A stretch of 64,000 nucleotides of DNA from Nitrospirota bacterium (lineage in GTDB: Bacteria > Nitrospirota > 9FT-COMBO-42-15 > HDB-SIOI813): positions 63 to 64,062 of the forward strand of contig JACRGV010000009.1 of the NCBI GenBank assembly GCA_016212215.1, written 5' to 3'. The position numbers and the translations under genes were made by a program. The notes beneath the pieces are model-generated. The model made no database searches, was not told the origin of the DNA, and worked only from the letters and a program-made list of their open reading frames with translations. This document shows, in pieces, positions 8,761 through 18,328 of this stretch; positions within the stretch are counted from its first letter, which is position 1; each line of letters starts with the position of its first letter.

Positions 8761-11304
8761 ATGGTTAGGAATTTATTAAACATTCTTGGGTTGATATTAA
8801 TATACTATCCTTTCAGATGGATTTGTTCCTGCCTTTCATTTAGTAAAGCAATATATTTCGCTGAAGTTATTGCGATGATTCACTCAAAACTCAATGTTAC
8901 CCCTGTACCGCAGATTAAAAAGGGTATTAATAGTATTATGGAGAACAGATGGTCTTCAAAACAGGTTAATGATGTTATTATTGCAAATCTGACTACAAGG
9001 TATATTCATCTTGTAGAGTTATTTCTTGCCGGCAGGGTTTCCGCAGATAATATAGATGTCAGGGTCAGTTCTATATGCGGACTTGAGCATCTTGATTCTG
9101 CCATAAAACTTAATAAGGGAGTAATTTTATTGAGTTTTCACTTAGGGTCCTACGGGATACCGCTTGCGGCCTTAGGATATAAAGGATATTCTTTATTTCA
9201 ACATATAGTAGATTGGCAAGACACTCCATTAATAACACCGGATATACTCAAATATAAAGACAACACATTTTATCAACAGAATGCACCTTCTGATTTTTAT
9301 CCGGGAAGATACATCGGGACTATTGAGAAGTCAATCCTTGGAATAAAAAAACGGTGTCATTCTTTTTTGCCTGTTAAGATGCTGTATCATAAAGAGAAAC
9401 ATTATGCAAGGAATCTATTGAGGTGTTTAGGAGAAAACAGCATACTTTCAATTATGGGTGATGGATCAAAGGGGTCGCGTTTTACTAATGTAGATTTTCT
9501 GGGAAAGAAGATTTCATTTTCAACAGGGCCTGCTTCTCTTGCGGCTATAACCGGCGCTGCAATACTGCCTGTATTTACAATCAGAGAGAATGATAGGAGA
9601 CACAAGGTAATAATTCACTCACCTATATTTGTGAAAAGGAAGGATTCCGATTCAATAGAAGATGCTGTAGCCGCGTATACAGCACTACTTGAAAATTATG
9701 TAATGGAGTATCCAGGTCACTGGTATACATGGGATAGATTAACTGTAACGAGAGATTCAGCCGGCGAGGAGGTAATTCAGCCTGTTGTAAAGAAGAGTTT
9801 TTCTGATGAGACTATTTTGAGTCAGAATCCACCTATGAAACAGTCTCAACGTATAGCAAAGAATATTGTAACAGGAGTACTTGGTGAGGCATTAGGTGCA
9901 GTTCTACATCTCCTGACCATTGTGTCCATTGCCCGTTATCTTGGGACCTCCGGTTTTGGAGAATATGCATTTGTAATGGCATTTGTCGGTATTTTTGAGA
10001 TTGCTGCCGACCTCGGCCTGCGCAATATTTTTATCAGAGAGATTGCTGTTGATAAGGAGAATGTATCCCGTCATCTCGGGATTATGAAATTGATGATATG
10101 GGCCTTTTCTATTTTATCTTTTTTATTGATTGTCATTATAATAAACATTGTATCTTCGTCACATGAAATTATTATATCCAGTTATATTGCAGGGCTTGCA
10201 GCCCTTTCTACATTTCATGCGGTGGGATACGGGGCTGTATGTCGAGCCTTTGAAGACATGGAATACAATGCCGTTGGTTTTACCTTACATAAAACCGTGC
10301 TCTTTGGATTGATCTCTCTTGCAATATGGTTTCATACCAATATGTCGCAGATGTTCTTCGCCTATCTAGGGGCAAATATATTTTTATGGATTTATTATTA
10401 TTTGGTTGTAAGGTTTAAGTATGTAAAACCACGGATGATCTGGGATCCGAGAGGCGCATGGTACATGTTCAGGGAGGCTGTCCCGCTTGGAATTGCCGAA
10501 ATTATCCGTAAGGTAACATGGCAGGTAGATACTATCATTCTTTCGATGATTAGTACCTCGACAGCGGTGGGCCTATTCAATGCTGCTTACAAGGTAATAC
10601 AGGCGATTAATCTGATCCCGATTACTCTTGCCCATCCTCTATTTCCAATGTTTGCACGTCTGGGAAAAGAATCTCCCAGGAAGCTATTTGAGGCACATGA
10701 CAAGGCTATAAAGATGTTATTCTCAATAGGGTTACCTATGGCAGTCATACTCACTGTTTATGCTGATTTGACGATAGCCCTTCTGTTCGGCCCTAAGTTC
10801 CATGACGCAGTACCTGCACTTCAGCTTATGAGTTGGGCACTGTTCTTTCTATTCCCGACATCGTTGTATGTTTATCTTTTTACCTCGATTGGAAAACAGA
10901 AATTATTTACCGTTGCCTCTTTCTCATGCCTCGGCATTAACATTCTTATAGATTTCCTGCTGATTCCATATATGAGCTTCATCGGGGCCTGTTTCGGTAC
11001 GCTATTGTCAGAGGCGACACTATGCGGTGTTGGTGTTTATTTTATTCATAAAATGGGTCATAAAGTATCATGGTCCGGTATTGCAGGAAAACCTTTTATT
11101 GCAGGATTGTTATTAGTTGTTTTACTGTATTTCACAAGACACCTTCCGTTAATATGGCAGGTCTCAGGTTTTGTATCCGGAATGGGTGTATATGTATACG
11201 CGCTGTTTATTATGAATGTATTTTCAAAGAATGAGATAGATATGATTATCGAGGGTGCCTCTTTCGGTCTAAAGAAGGTCAGGACGTCTTCCATAATAAA
11301 ATAA
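8761..11304 (+). CDS. Fusion ORF: LpxL/HtrB-like lipid acyltransferase (N) + Wzx/MOP-family polysaccharide flippase (C)
   Basis: N-terminal ~350 aa has the lysophospholipid/lipid A acyltransferase 'HLGS' block region. From internal ATG 9835 (MKQSQRIAKNIVTGVLGEALG...LGTSGFGEY) onward it is a 12-14 TM MOP flippase. No stop between domains; either a true fusion or the flippase initiates at 9835. Confidence 0.6.
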   Translation: MVRNLLNILGLILIYYPFRWICSCLSFSKAIYFAEVIAMIHSKLNVTPVPQIKKGINSIMENRWSSKQVNDVIIANLTTRYIHLVELFLAGRVSADNIDVRVSSICGLEHLDSAIKLNKGVILLSFHLGSYGIPLAALGYKGYSLFQHIVDWQDTPLITPDILKYKDNTFYQQNAPSDFYPGRYIGTIEKSILGIKKRCHSFLPVKMLYHKEKHYARNLLRCLGENSILSIMGDGSKGSRFTNVDFLGKKISFSTGPASLAAITGAAILPVFTIRENDRRHKVIIHSPIFVKRKDSDSIEDAVAAYTALLENYVMEYPGHWYTWDRLTVTRDSAGEEVIQPVVKKSFSDETILSQNPPMKQSQRIAKNIVTGVLGEALGAVLHLLTIVSIARYLGTSGFGEYAFVMAFVGIFEIAADLGLRNIFIREIAVDKENVSRHLGIMKLMIWAFSILSFLLIVIIINIVSSSHEIIISSYIAGLAALSTFHAVGYGAVCRAFEDMEYNAVGFTLHKTVLFGLISLAIWFHTNMSQMFFAYLGANIFLWIYYYLVVRFKYVKPRMIWDPRGAWYMFREAVPLGIAEIIRKVTWQVDTIILSMISTSTAVGLFNAAYKVIQAINLIPITLAHPLFPMFARLGKESPRKLFEAHDKAIKMLFSIGLPMAVILTVYADLTIALLFGPKFHDAVPALQLMSWALFFLFPTSLYVYLFTSIGKQKLFTVASFSCLGINILIDFLLIPYMSFIGACFGTLLSEATLCGVGVYFIHKMGHKVSWSGIAGKPFIAGLLLVVLLYFTRHLPLIWQVSGFVSGMGVYVYALFIMNVFSKNEIDMIIEGASFGLKKVRTSSIIK

Positions 11305-11307
11305 ATA

Positions 11308-12588
11308 ATGAAAAAAGCGGTTTTGATATTTGCAGTAATTTGCTTAATGGGGGCAAGCATACTCTCATGGTTCACCCCCCCGCTGATAAGTCCTGTTAAT
11401 GGCTTTGATATTTCTCTTAGTCCGGTAGTATCTTTAAATACACATTCCTCCGTAATATCATCCTTTAGTATCCTGTTAATTATAATGGCTATAGGTGTTA
11501 TCCTGAGTTTATGGTCATCATACTCGTATATAGTTTTTCATATTTCCATGGGGTGTATTTTCACAACACTGTATTTTATACTCAAGGCGGCCTTCCTTGA
11601 CCATGTTTTTCTTGAGGATGTATTGTATTTACATCAACAGCATCTCAATATGATAAAATTTTCATCTATTCTTCCCGTTAATGTAGGGTTTGAACCCACG
11701 CTTGCCCCGCGTCTTTTGATTGATGGTCTTTTTACAAGAATATATGTTTTATTTTATTTCCTTTCTTATGGATGGTATCTGACCTTCATTACAGGGATTA
11801 TGCTCTTATTTTATTGTTTCCGGAGTGTTAAAAATCCTGATAAAGGTAAAAGGGGTTTAAGGGCAGTTACACGTACAGTAATAATCTGGGGCTTTGCATT
11901 TATAGGAATAGTTGCTTATAGTGTAGCTCCTTATATTATCTCAGAGTATTATGTTATCAATGGTGATAAATATATGGAGGCAGGCAATCCTGTTATAGCA
12001 GAAAAGGCATATAGGAAGATACTTGATAGAAACGATATTTTTGATACGGACAGTGAATTCCAAAATCGTCTCGGTGTTATTGCCTTCTCCTTAGGCAAAA
12101 GAAATAATACTGAGTATCATTTCTACATGGGAAACCTGTATTCAGAACAGAGAAGGTATGATATGGCAGAATTTGAATATAAAAAGGCATTAGAATTGAG
12201 CAGCGGTGATATGCATAAACTTTTGATCCGGTCTCTGGAAGAACTATACAATGTAGCCGGTCTGATAGAGTACACCAGGGGAAACAGCAGTTATGGCGTA
12301 CAAATGTGGGAGAAGGCCCAGCAGTTAAATCCTTCAGGGATTCAGACCTATTATTATTTATCAAAGGCGTACTATGATTCAGGAAATTATCAGAAGGCAA
12401 TGAGCTATGGAGAAAAGTTTCTTTCACTTTCCGGAAACAATATCCTGAATTCCAATATTAATGCAACAATAGGTGATTGTTATTATAAACTGGGAGATCC
12501 TGTCAAGGGACGCACCTATTATGAGAAGGCAAAGGCTCTGGATTTATTCGGGAACTACAGGATATTGAAAAGTCTTGGGGGAACGTAA
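11308..12588 (+). CDS. Polytopic membrane protein with C-terminal TPR repeats
   Basis: Several hydrophobic helices followed by TPR-like 34-aa repeats (YHFYMGNLYSEQRRYDMAEFEYKKALEL ... YYYLSKAYYDSGNYQKAMSYGEKFL). Confidence 0.5.
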   Translation: MKKAVLIFAVICLMGASILSWFTPPLISPVNGFDISLSPVVSLNTHSSVISSFSILLIIMAIGVILSLWSSYSYIVFHISMGCIFTTLYFILKAAFLDHVFLEDVLYLHQQHLNMIKFSSILPVNVGFEPTLAPRLLIDGLFTRIYVLFYFLSYGWYLTFITGIMLLFYCFRSVKNPDKGKRGLRAVTRTVIIWGFAFIGIVAYSVAPYIISEYYVINGDKYMEAGNPVIAEKAYRKILDRNDIFDTDSEFQNRLGVIAFSLGKRNNTEYHFYMGNLYSEQRRYDMAEFEYKKALELSSGDMHKLLIRSLEELYNVAGLIEYTRGNSSYGVQMWEKAQQLNPSGIQTYYYLSKAYYDSGNYQKAMSYGEKFLSLSGNNILNSNINATIGDCYYKLGDPVKGRTYYEKAKALDLFGNYRILKSLGGT

Positions 12589-12599
12589 GTTATTTACGA

Positions 12600-15500
12600 A
12601 TGAGACATCTTAGAACAGCATTATTTATAGTTATAATATTCGGAGTTGTTTCCGGTTATTTTGTTTGGAAGACTTTTTTTGCAATTCCTCCCAGGCTTTA
12701 TCCACAGATATTTAATAAGGCAGTTTGGATTTCATCACCTTCACAACAGCCTGTGGCATATTTCAGAAAGGTATTATTTATACCTGAAAAAATTAAAGAG
12801 GGATGGATTAAGATAAGTGCCCCGGATAAATTTATTCTTTATATCAACGGCCGGGTAGTCGGTAAGGAGACTTTTCCTTCTGTTAATGCTGCAGGTATTT
12901 ACGATATCGGCGGAAGTTTGCAGCACGGCAAAAATGTCATTGCAGTATTCGTATACAGGATGAGTTCCGGCAGTGCGACTGACATTGCAATGGAAGGAAA
13001 TTACACAGATGTTTCAGGCCATCAGCATGCCTTTTCCTCTGATAAATCATGGCGCGTTTCAAATCAGGAATCTTATGCATCTTCCGGTACAAATATATCT
13101 GCCTGGTATGAACAGGATTTTGATGACACTAACTGGAAATATGCTTCAGAGATAAGCCCTGCCCAAGGTTATGATAATGGGTTTCTTACTACCAATCCGG
13201 CAGTTTTCACAAGACCATTCCGTGGTAATATTATATGGCACCCCGATGCCCCTTCCTCTACAATATTATTCAAAAAGGACATCATAATCTCAAGAGAGCC
13301 TCTCAGGGAGGTGTGGGTCCGCATCTACTCGGGTTTGTCTTATACGCTTACAGTAAACGGATTCCGTCTGGATGGAGTTGCATTTATTACTCCCATGGTA
13401 GATATGTTGAAGATTACTCCATTGATACATAATGGTAATAATGTTATTACGCTCGAAGTATCCGGAGAAGGCAATACTCAGGGCATAGCTGTTGATTGTA
13501 TAGTGGAGATGGCAGATGGGAAGATTATAAGTCTTGCATCTGACCGTTCATGGATGGCAGGCAGTTATGCCTATATTTCAGGTGAAGGGAAAAGGGATAT
13601 TATCTGGAAACCTGCTATCACAGTAGTTTCAGGAACAGCATCTATCTCAACTGCCCAGATACAGAAGCGGATACTCGGACCGATAAATCTGCCTCAGGGA
13701 TATTATACATACAGATTTATGAGGATGACAGCGGTTATATTTCTTAACACCGTGTTGTTAATTCTTGCATGGCTTGTACTTTCTGTTATAAGAAAGAAGG
13801 TACTCATCATTGATACATCGCTGATTGAGCATTTACAGATAACTTCATATTTATTTCTCCCATCACTGCTCTTTTTCGGAATAATCTATCTCCTTTCTTT
13901 TGATATTAAGTATGAGCCTTCAGTTATATTTAATCCATGGGCGTTTTATGTATCCGGCGGCATATTTGTTTTTCTTTTTTTATTATCATTTTTGAGGCTA
14001 AAGCATTATGCCTTGAAAGATTCTACAGGTTTTTCTTCTTATTCAGAAATATTACAGAAGAAGTATGCTGTCTTCCTTATACTTCTCATAATACTCTGCC
14101 TCACAGGATTTCTTATAAGACTTCAATCACTCGGGTCAAGGTCTTTCAGTCATGATGAAGTAGCTATGGTGCGATTTGCACAGGGGATTCTTGAACATGG
14201 TTATTCATCTAAGATGCTGGGAGAACTTGAAAAGCCGCTCACTACCTACGAGGCCGTGCCGTTTCCAATAGCCTTTTCTATAAAGATGTTCGGAGACACT
14301 GAAACCGCTGCAAGAGTTCCTGCTGTTATCTTTGGTACAGTAACGATACTCCTTGTGGGTTTGTTTGCAGGGCGTTTATTCGGATATGCTGTAGGGCTGT
14401 ATGCAGCTATTCTTTATACCTTCTCACCGCTTGCCATAGCGTGGGCACAGGATTGTTATTTTCCCCAGCAGGTACAGATGTTCACCCTCCTCACAGTTTA
14501 TCTGTTTTACATCTATCTTGAGAGATATGATAAACAACCACGGTATGCCTATTATATTGCAATTTCATTCCTGCTGACATATCTTAGCTGGGAGGTTTCA
14601 GGCTTTCTCCTGCCTGCCCTCCTGATTGCAGGAATCCTATACAAAGGTAAGGATTTATCCTGGCTGAAAAACAGGCATATATGGCTTGCTGTGGGTATAG
14701 TGGTTGCCGGTGTGTTTCTACAGACAGCCAGAAGGACGTATTATCAAATCCCATATATCGTTGTTGGAATAGGCACCTCTGACGTAACCACCCCTTTACC
14801 GGTTTTTTTGTATCCTATGTATGACCCGTTTTTTTATGTAACAAACTTCCTCCTTCAGGAGAACCACGTTATTTTCACTTTATTGCTCGTTTGTGGAATA
14901 ATATTTCTGAGAAAATATAAAGGACTACGCTACCTCTATGCAATTATTATAATTATACTTCTTGAGCTGGCAAATCTACTGCCTTATTATACTTCACGAT
15001 ACATCTACTTCAGCCAGCCTTTTTTGATAATCATTGCCGCTTGTGTTTCAATTTTAAGTTTTTCATGGATGGCAGAGAAGATTAAAGGACTGCGGCTGCC
15101 AATCCTGTCTCCGGTTATATGGGGTACATGCTCTGTATTTCTGGTTGTTGTCTTTATCTCTTCCAACAGCTTATTTCTGAAACTCTACCGTCTTTCTTAT
15201 GACCCTACTCAGCCGGCTTTTCACACGCGGTCCGGTGTTATTGATTATGACTACAGGGATGTCGGTGCTTTCATAAAAAGTAATTTACAGAAAGGAGATA
15301 TTGTTATTGCAGTTATGTCACATACCATTGAGTACTATTCAGACATTACACCTGATTATTATATACAGAGTTATACAGACAGGCAGGTCTTTTACGACAT
15401 CGGAAGATCAGGAAATCCATCCCCTTATTATCTTGACAGGTATGTTGGACGTCCGGTAATAAGGAGTGTATCTGATCTTAAAAATGTTTTTAACAATAAT

Positions 15501-15638
15501 CGTCGTGTATGGATTGCCGCTGTAAACTATCGCACATTTGTTGCTTTTGATGATAAGGAGATGTTAGATTATATTCAATTAAACAGTAAGCCGGTTTACC
15601 GGGGTTATAATGCAGCAGTATATCTTTGGGAAAGATAG
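12600..15638 (+). CDS. Large membrane glycosyltransferase, ArnT/PMT (GT39/GT83)-like core with N-terminal periplasmic jelly-roll-like domain
   Basis: The central multi-TM region (…RSFSHDEVAMVRFAQGILEHGY…ETAARVPAVIFGTVTILLVGLFAGRLFGYAVGLYAAILYTFSPLAIAWAQDCYF) resembles the phospholipid-carrier-dependent GT fold. The last 103 bp is duplicated at 17110-17212. Confidence 0.5.
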   Translation: MRHLRTALFIVIIFGVVSGYFVWKTFFAIPPRLYPQIFNKAVWISSPSQQPVAYFRKVLFIPEKIKEGWIKISAPDKFILYINGRVVGKETFPSVNAAGIYDIGGSLQHGKNVIAVFVYRMSSGSATDIAMEGNYTDVSGHQHAFSSDKSWRVSNQESYASSGTNISAWYEQDFDDTNWKYASEISPAQGYDNGFLTTNPAVFTRPFRGNIIWHPDAPSSTILFKKDIIISREPLREVWVRIYSGLSYTLTVNGFRLDGVAFITPMVDMLKITPLIHNGNNVITLEVSGEGNTQGIAVDCIVEMADGKIISLASDRSWMAGSYAYISGEGKRDIIWKPAITVVSGTASISTAQIQKRILGPINLPQGYYTYRFMRMTAVIFLNTVLLILAWLVLSVIRKKVLIIDTSLIEHLQITSYLFLPSLLFFGIIYLLSFDIKYEPSVIFNPWAFYVSGGIFVFLFLLSFLRLKHYALKDSTGFSSYSEILQKKYAVFLILLIILCLTGFLIRLQSLGSRSFSHDEVAMVRFAQGILEHGYSSKMLGELEKPLTTYEAVPFPIAFSIKMFGDTETAARVPAVIFGTVTILLVGLFAGRLFGYAVGLYAAILYTFSPLAIAWAQDCYFPQQVQMFTLLTVYLFYIYLERYDKQPRYAYYIAISFLLTYLSWEVSGFLLPALLIAGILYKGKDLSWLKNRHIWLAVGIVVAGVFLQTARRTYYQIPYIVVGIGTSDVTTPLPVFLYPMYDPFFYVTNFLLQENHVIFTLLLVCGIIFLRKYKGLRYLYAIIIIILLELANLLPYYTSRYIYFSQPFLIIIAACVSILSFSWMAEKIKGLRLPILSPVIWGTCSVFLVVVFISSNSLFLKLYRLSYDPTQPAFHTRSGVIDYDYRDVGAFIKSNLQKGDIVIAVMSHTIEYYSDITPDYYIQSYTDRQVFYDIGRSGNPSPYYLDRYVGRPVIRSVSDLKNVFNNNRRVWIAAVNYRTFVAFDDKEMLDYIQLNSKPVYRGYNAAVYLWER
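15536..15638. repeat. Direct repeat copy A (3' end of gene 12600-15638), left flank of ATPase insertion
   Basis: 103 bp, ~88% identical to 17110-17212. In frame, encodes the C-terminus of the host protein. Confidence 0.85.
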
Positions 15639-17109
15639 AAAGGGAAATTAACAACCATAAATACGTCCACCTTACTTCAAATAATCTTTCATGTCTTCCA
15701 GACTCAATCCCAGCCATTTGACTTTGTAGCCTGAATATATATTGAGCAAACCTCCGGCCTTTGTCTTTAAGGCATTAAGGTTTATCTTTCCTCTGTCGAG
15801 CTTGATGTCGGCCATAGTGATTTCCTTTTTCAAATCGTTGATTGCAAGAAGATCAATTTCATTCTGATTTCCTTTTTCCCAGTACGAACCGATCACATTA
15901 TAGTTTCCTGTTTCGGCAAAAATCTGATGAAAAAATCTTTCGAGAATACGTCCTGAATAACTCGAATAATCCCTGTTTATGATTTCCTTAATATAAGAAT
16001 AATTTTCTGTTTCAGCAGCGGATAGGTTTCGGAAAATGAACCGGAACCAGAAGTTAAGGAAGTTGTCTGTTATTTTATATTTTTGAAGACGTGAACCCGG
16101 TTTGGCGCCTACCGGCTTATGCCTTGAGATTAGTGCATAGTCATTCTCAAGTCTTGCTAAATAGGCGCCTGCATGTATCTCTAAAACAGATTCAATCTCT
16201 GTCCTTGCTGTCTTGCCGATAGATATAAGCTCGAGGATAGAAAAATACGTTCCATATTCTTTCCCGAACTCTTCTATAAGCAGGTTTTTCCCCTCGTTTA
16301 TAAAGGGAGAATTCGGTGTGAGCATAAAATTAAGTATATCTTTGTAAGATAAAGCATCATTCGATGTCAATATATCCAGATACTTAGGCATTCCGCCGGT
16401 AAGTACGTAACAATCAAAAAGCGACCGCATATCAGATGCCCTGTGATCTGATAATACTCTATAGGTATCTTTTATGGTAAATGGTTTAAGGAAAAGTATC
16501 CTGTCCGCCCTCCCGAATAAAGGCTCTTTTGATTCTTCAAAAATCTTATGCATTAACGAATAAACAGAGCCTATACAGATGAGATTCATTTTACATTTTG
16601 ATTTATTCAAATCCCATAGACGCTGAATCTCTGAATATGCTGCTGAATTTACATTGTAGAATTCCTGAAATTCGTCAATAATCAGGATGAACCGCTCTTT
16701 TTTTGAAAGGTCAAGAAGAAGGGCAAAGACATCCTTAAAAAATTTAATATCTCCAATGACAGGCAGTGGAAAATGTTTTTTTATCTCCTCAATATATTCC
16801 ATACAAAGCAGATGCTCTGACTTCCTGGAGACAAACAGGTAAATAAACTTATGCTTACCGGCAAATTCCAGTGCAAGCATTGTTTTACCGACACGCCGAC
16901 GCCCTGTAATCACAGTCATACGTGCGGTATCTTTTGACTGATTGTAAAGCCTGTTAAGTTCATGGAGTTCCTGTTTGCGATTATAAAACTTCATGGTTCA
17001 TATTCCCATATAATATATATATCGTTACTCTGGCGTAACTCTGGTTACGGTAATAAATATTACGATATATTGAAAAAAGTTTCAATACTCAAGTTTATTA
17101 CTATCTTAT
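15639..17109. mobile_element. Putative single-gene insertion carrying a DUF234-type AAA ATPase, flanked by a 103-bp direct duplication of the host-gene 3' end
   Basis: Bounded by repeats 15536-15638 and 17110-17212. No transposase or integrase is present. The ATPase gene sits antisense, convergent with the host gene. Confidence 0.45.
15672..16994 (-). CDS. AAA+ ATPase (Arch_ATPase/DUF234 family) with C-terminal PD-(D/E)xK-like motif
   Basis: Walker A GRRRVGKT and Walker B LIIDEF. C-terminal 'EIDLLAI...ADIKLD' matches a D...(D/E)xK nuclease-like signature. Paralog of 61484-62929. Confidence 0.75.
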   Translation of the reverse strand: MKFYNRKQELHELNRLYNQSKDTARMTVITGRRRVGKTMLALEFAGKHKFIYLFVSRKSEHLLCMEYIEEIKKHFPLPVIGDIKFFKDVFALLLDLSKKERFILIIDEFQEFYNVNSAAYSEIQRLWDLNKSKCKMNLICIGSVYSLMHKIFEESKEPLFGRADRILFLKPFTIKDTYRVLSDHRASDMRSLFDCYVLTGGMPKYLDILTSNDALSYKDILNFMLTPNSPFINEGKNLLIEEFGKEYGTYFSILELISIGKTARTEIESVLEIHAGAYLARLENDYALISRHKPVGAKPGSRLQKYKITDNFLNFWFRFIFRNLSAAETENYSYIKEIINRDYSSYSGRILERFFHQIFAETGNYNVIGSYWEKGNQNEIDLLAINDLKKEITMADIKLDRGKINLNALKTKAGGLLNIYSGYKVKWLGLSLEDMKDYLK

Positions 17110-17212
17110 ATTTGTTGCTTTAGATGATAAATAGATGTTAGATTATATTGAACTATAGAGTAACCCTGTTTACCAGGGTTATAATGCAGCAGTATATCTT
17201 TGGGAAAGATAG
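17110..17212. repeat. Direct repeat copy B (degenerate duplicate of gene 12600-15638 3' end)
   Basis: Aligns base-for-base with 15536-15638 with ~12 mismatches. Contains in-frame stops (taaatag), so it is non-coding. Confidence 0.85.
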
Positions 17213-17221
17213 GATGATTAC

Positions 17222-18328
17222 ATGACAACAAAAAAAATAGCGGTTTTAATAGTTCTTCTTATTGCAATAATTTTAAGTACAGAATTCATTTCAACAGGAA
17301 AGGCACTATCTGTCCAGCCGGCCCCTGCGACTGACCTGAAAATAGCGGGAGATGATATATCCGGGATATGGGCTTTTTTTATGCTTGACATGAAGGCTGA
17401 ATCCCTTCAATTACTGAATAATGATGATATAGATAATATGTTGCAGGTGAAGCATCCGTATGTTAAAGGGATTGCACCCAGATTTGTCTGGTCTACACTT
17501 AACCCCGCCCCTGGTGAATATAATTGGACGCCTGTTGATAAGGTTATTGAAAGGGCAAGTGCGTATAATAAAAAAGTTGTAATAAGGATTATCGGCGGAG
17601 GCAGGTCTGAGTGGACGCCTGGTTGGCTCTGGCTAAAAACAAAATATGTAGATCACCTTTGTATAACGAAACAAGCCGAATGTAGGTTACCCATAATTTG
17701 GGATACTGAATATCTCTCGGCATGGACTACCTTTGTTAAGGCATTAGGTTCACGGTACGATTCCAATCCGCGTGTGCAACGTGTTGCCATTACCAACGGG
17801 TCCGGCGGGGAGCTATATTATCTACGCGGCGACCTTATGACAAATGATCAAATAAACCAGGTGGTTAATTCCGGTTTAGGTGATAATTTCGTTCAGACAT
17901 GGAATAATATTTTAGATAATTATGCAGTATCATTTCCAACAAAGCCGTTGTTTATGGACTTGGCACCTACGATCAAAGATATTCCAAATATGAAGGGTGA
18001 CGATAAAGAAGAAGTTATTGCAAATTACGCTATATCAAAGTTCGGTCATAGACTTTATCTTCAACAGGATGGACTACACGAAAATACAGATACTTCAGGG
18101 ACTTTTATTAGCCATGCAATTATGAAAAACCATGCTGTAAACGGTAATATTATAGGATTTCAAACATTGGCACCGGATGCGCATGGAAATTTAAGGATGG
18201 CATTTGAAAAGGCACTATCCTATCCTATCCATTATATTGAGGTTTTTACTAAGGACCTTCAGGACCCTGATCAGCAGGATGCAATCCGATTTCTGTATGA
18301 AAGACTTAAAGCTATTCCTCCTCATTGA
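17222..18328 (+). CDS. Secreted TIM-barrel-like protein, possible glycoside hydrolase
   Basis: Signal/TM anchor, then 'HPYVKGIAPRFVWSTLNPAPGEYNW...VVIRI' reminiscent of a GH-type (beta/alpha)8 N-terminal strand. Weak assignment. Confidence 0.4.
   Translation: MTTKKIAVLIVLLIAIILSTEFISTGKALSVQPAPATDLKIAGDDISGIWAFFMLDMKAESLQLLNNDDIDNMLQVKHPYVKGIAPRFVWSTLNPAPGEYNWTPVDKVIERASAYNKKVVIRIIGGGRSEWTPGWLWLKTKYVDHLCITKQAECRLPIIWDTEYLSAWTTFVKALGSRYDSNPRVQRVAITNGSGGELYYLRGDLMTNDQINQVVNSGLGDNFVQTWNNILDNYAVSFPTKPLFMDLAPTIKDIPNMKGDDKEEVIANYAISKFGHRLYLQQDGLHENTDTSGTFISHAIMKNHAVNGNIIGFQTLAPDAHGNLRMAFEKALSYPIHYIEVFTKDLQDPDQQDAIRFLYERLKAIPPH

Noticed and set aside
8875-8877. Alternative later start (MIHSKLN) for the acyltransferase-flippase ORF
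   Set aside because: I cannot discriminate between starts without homolog alignment; the longest ORF is kept.
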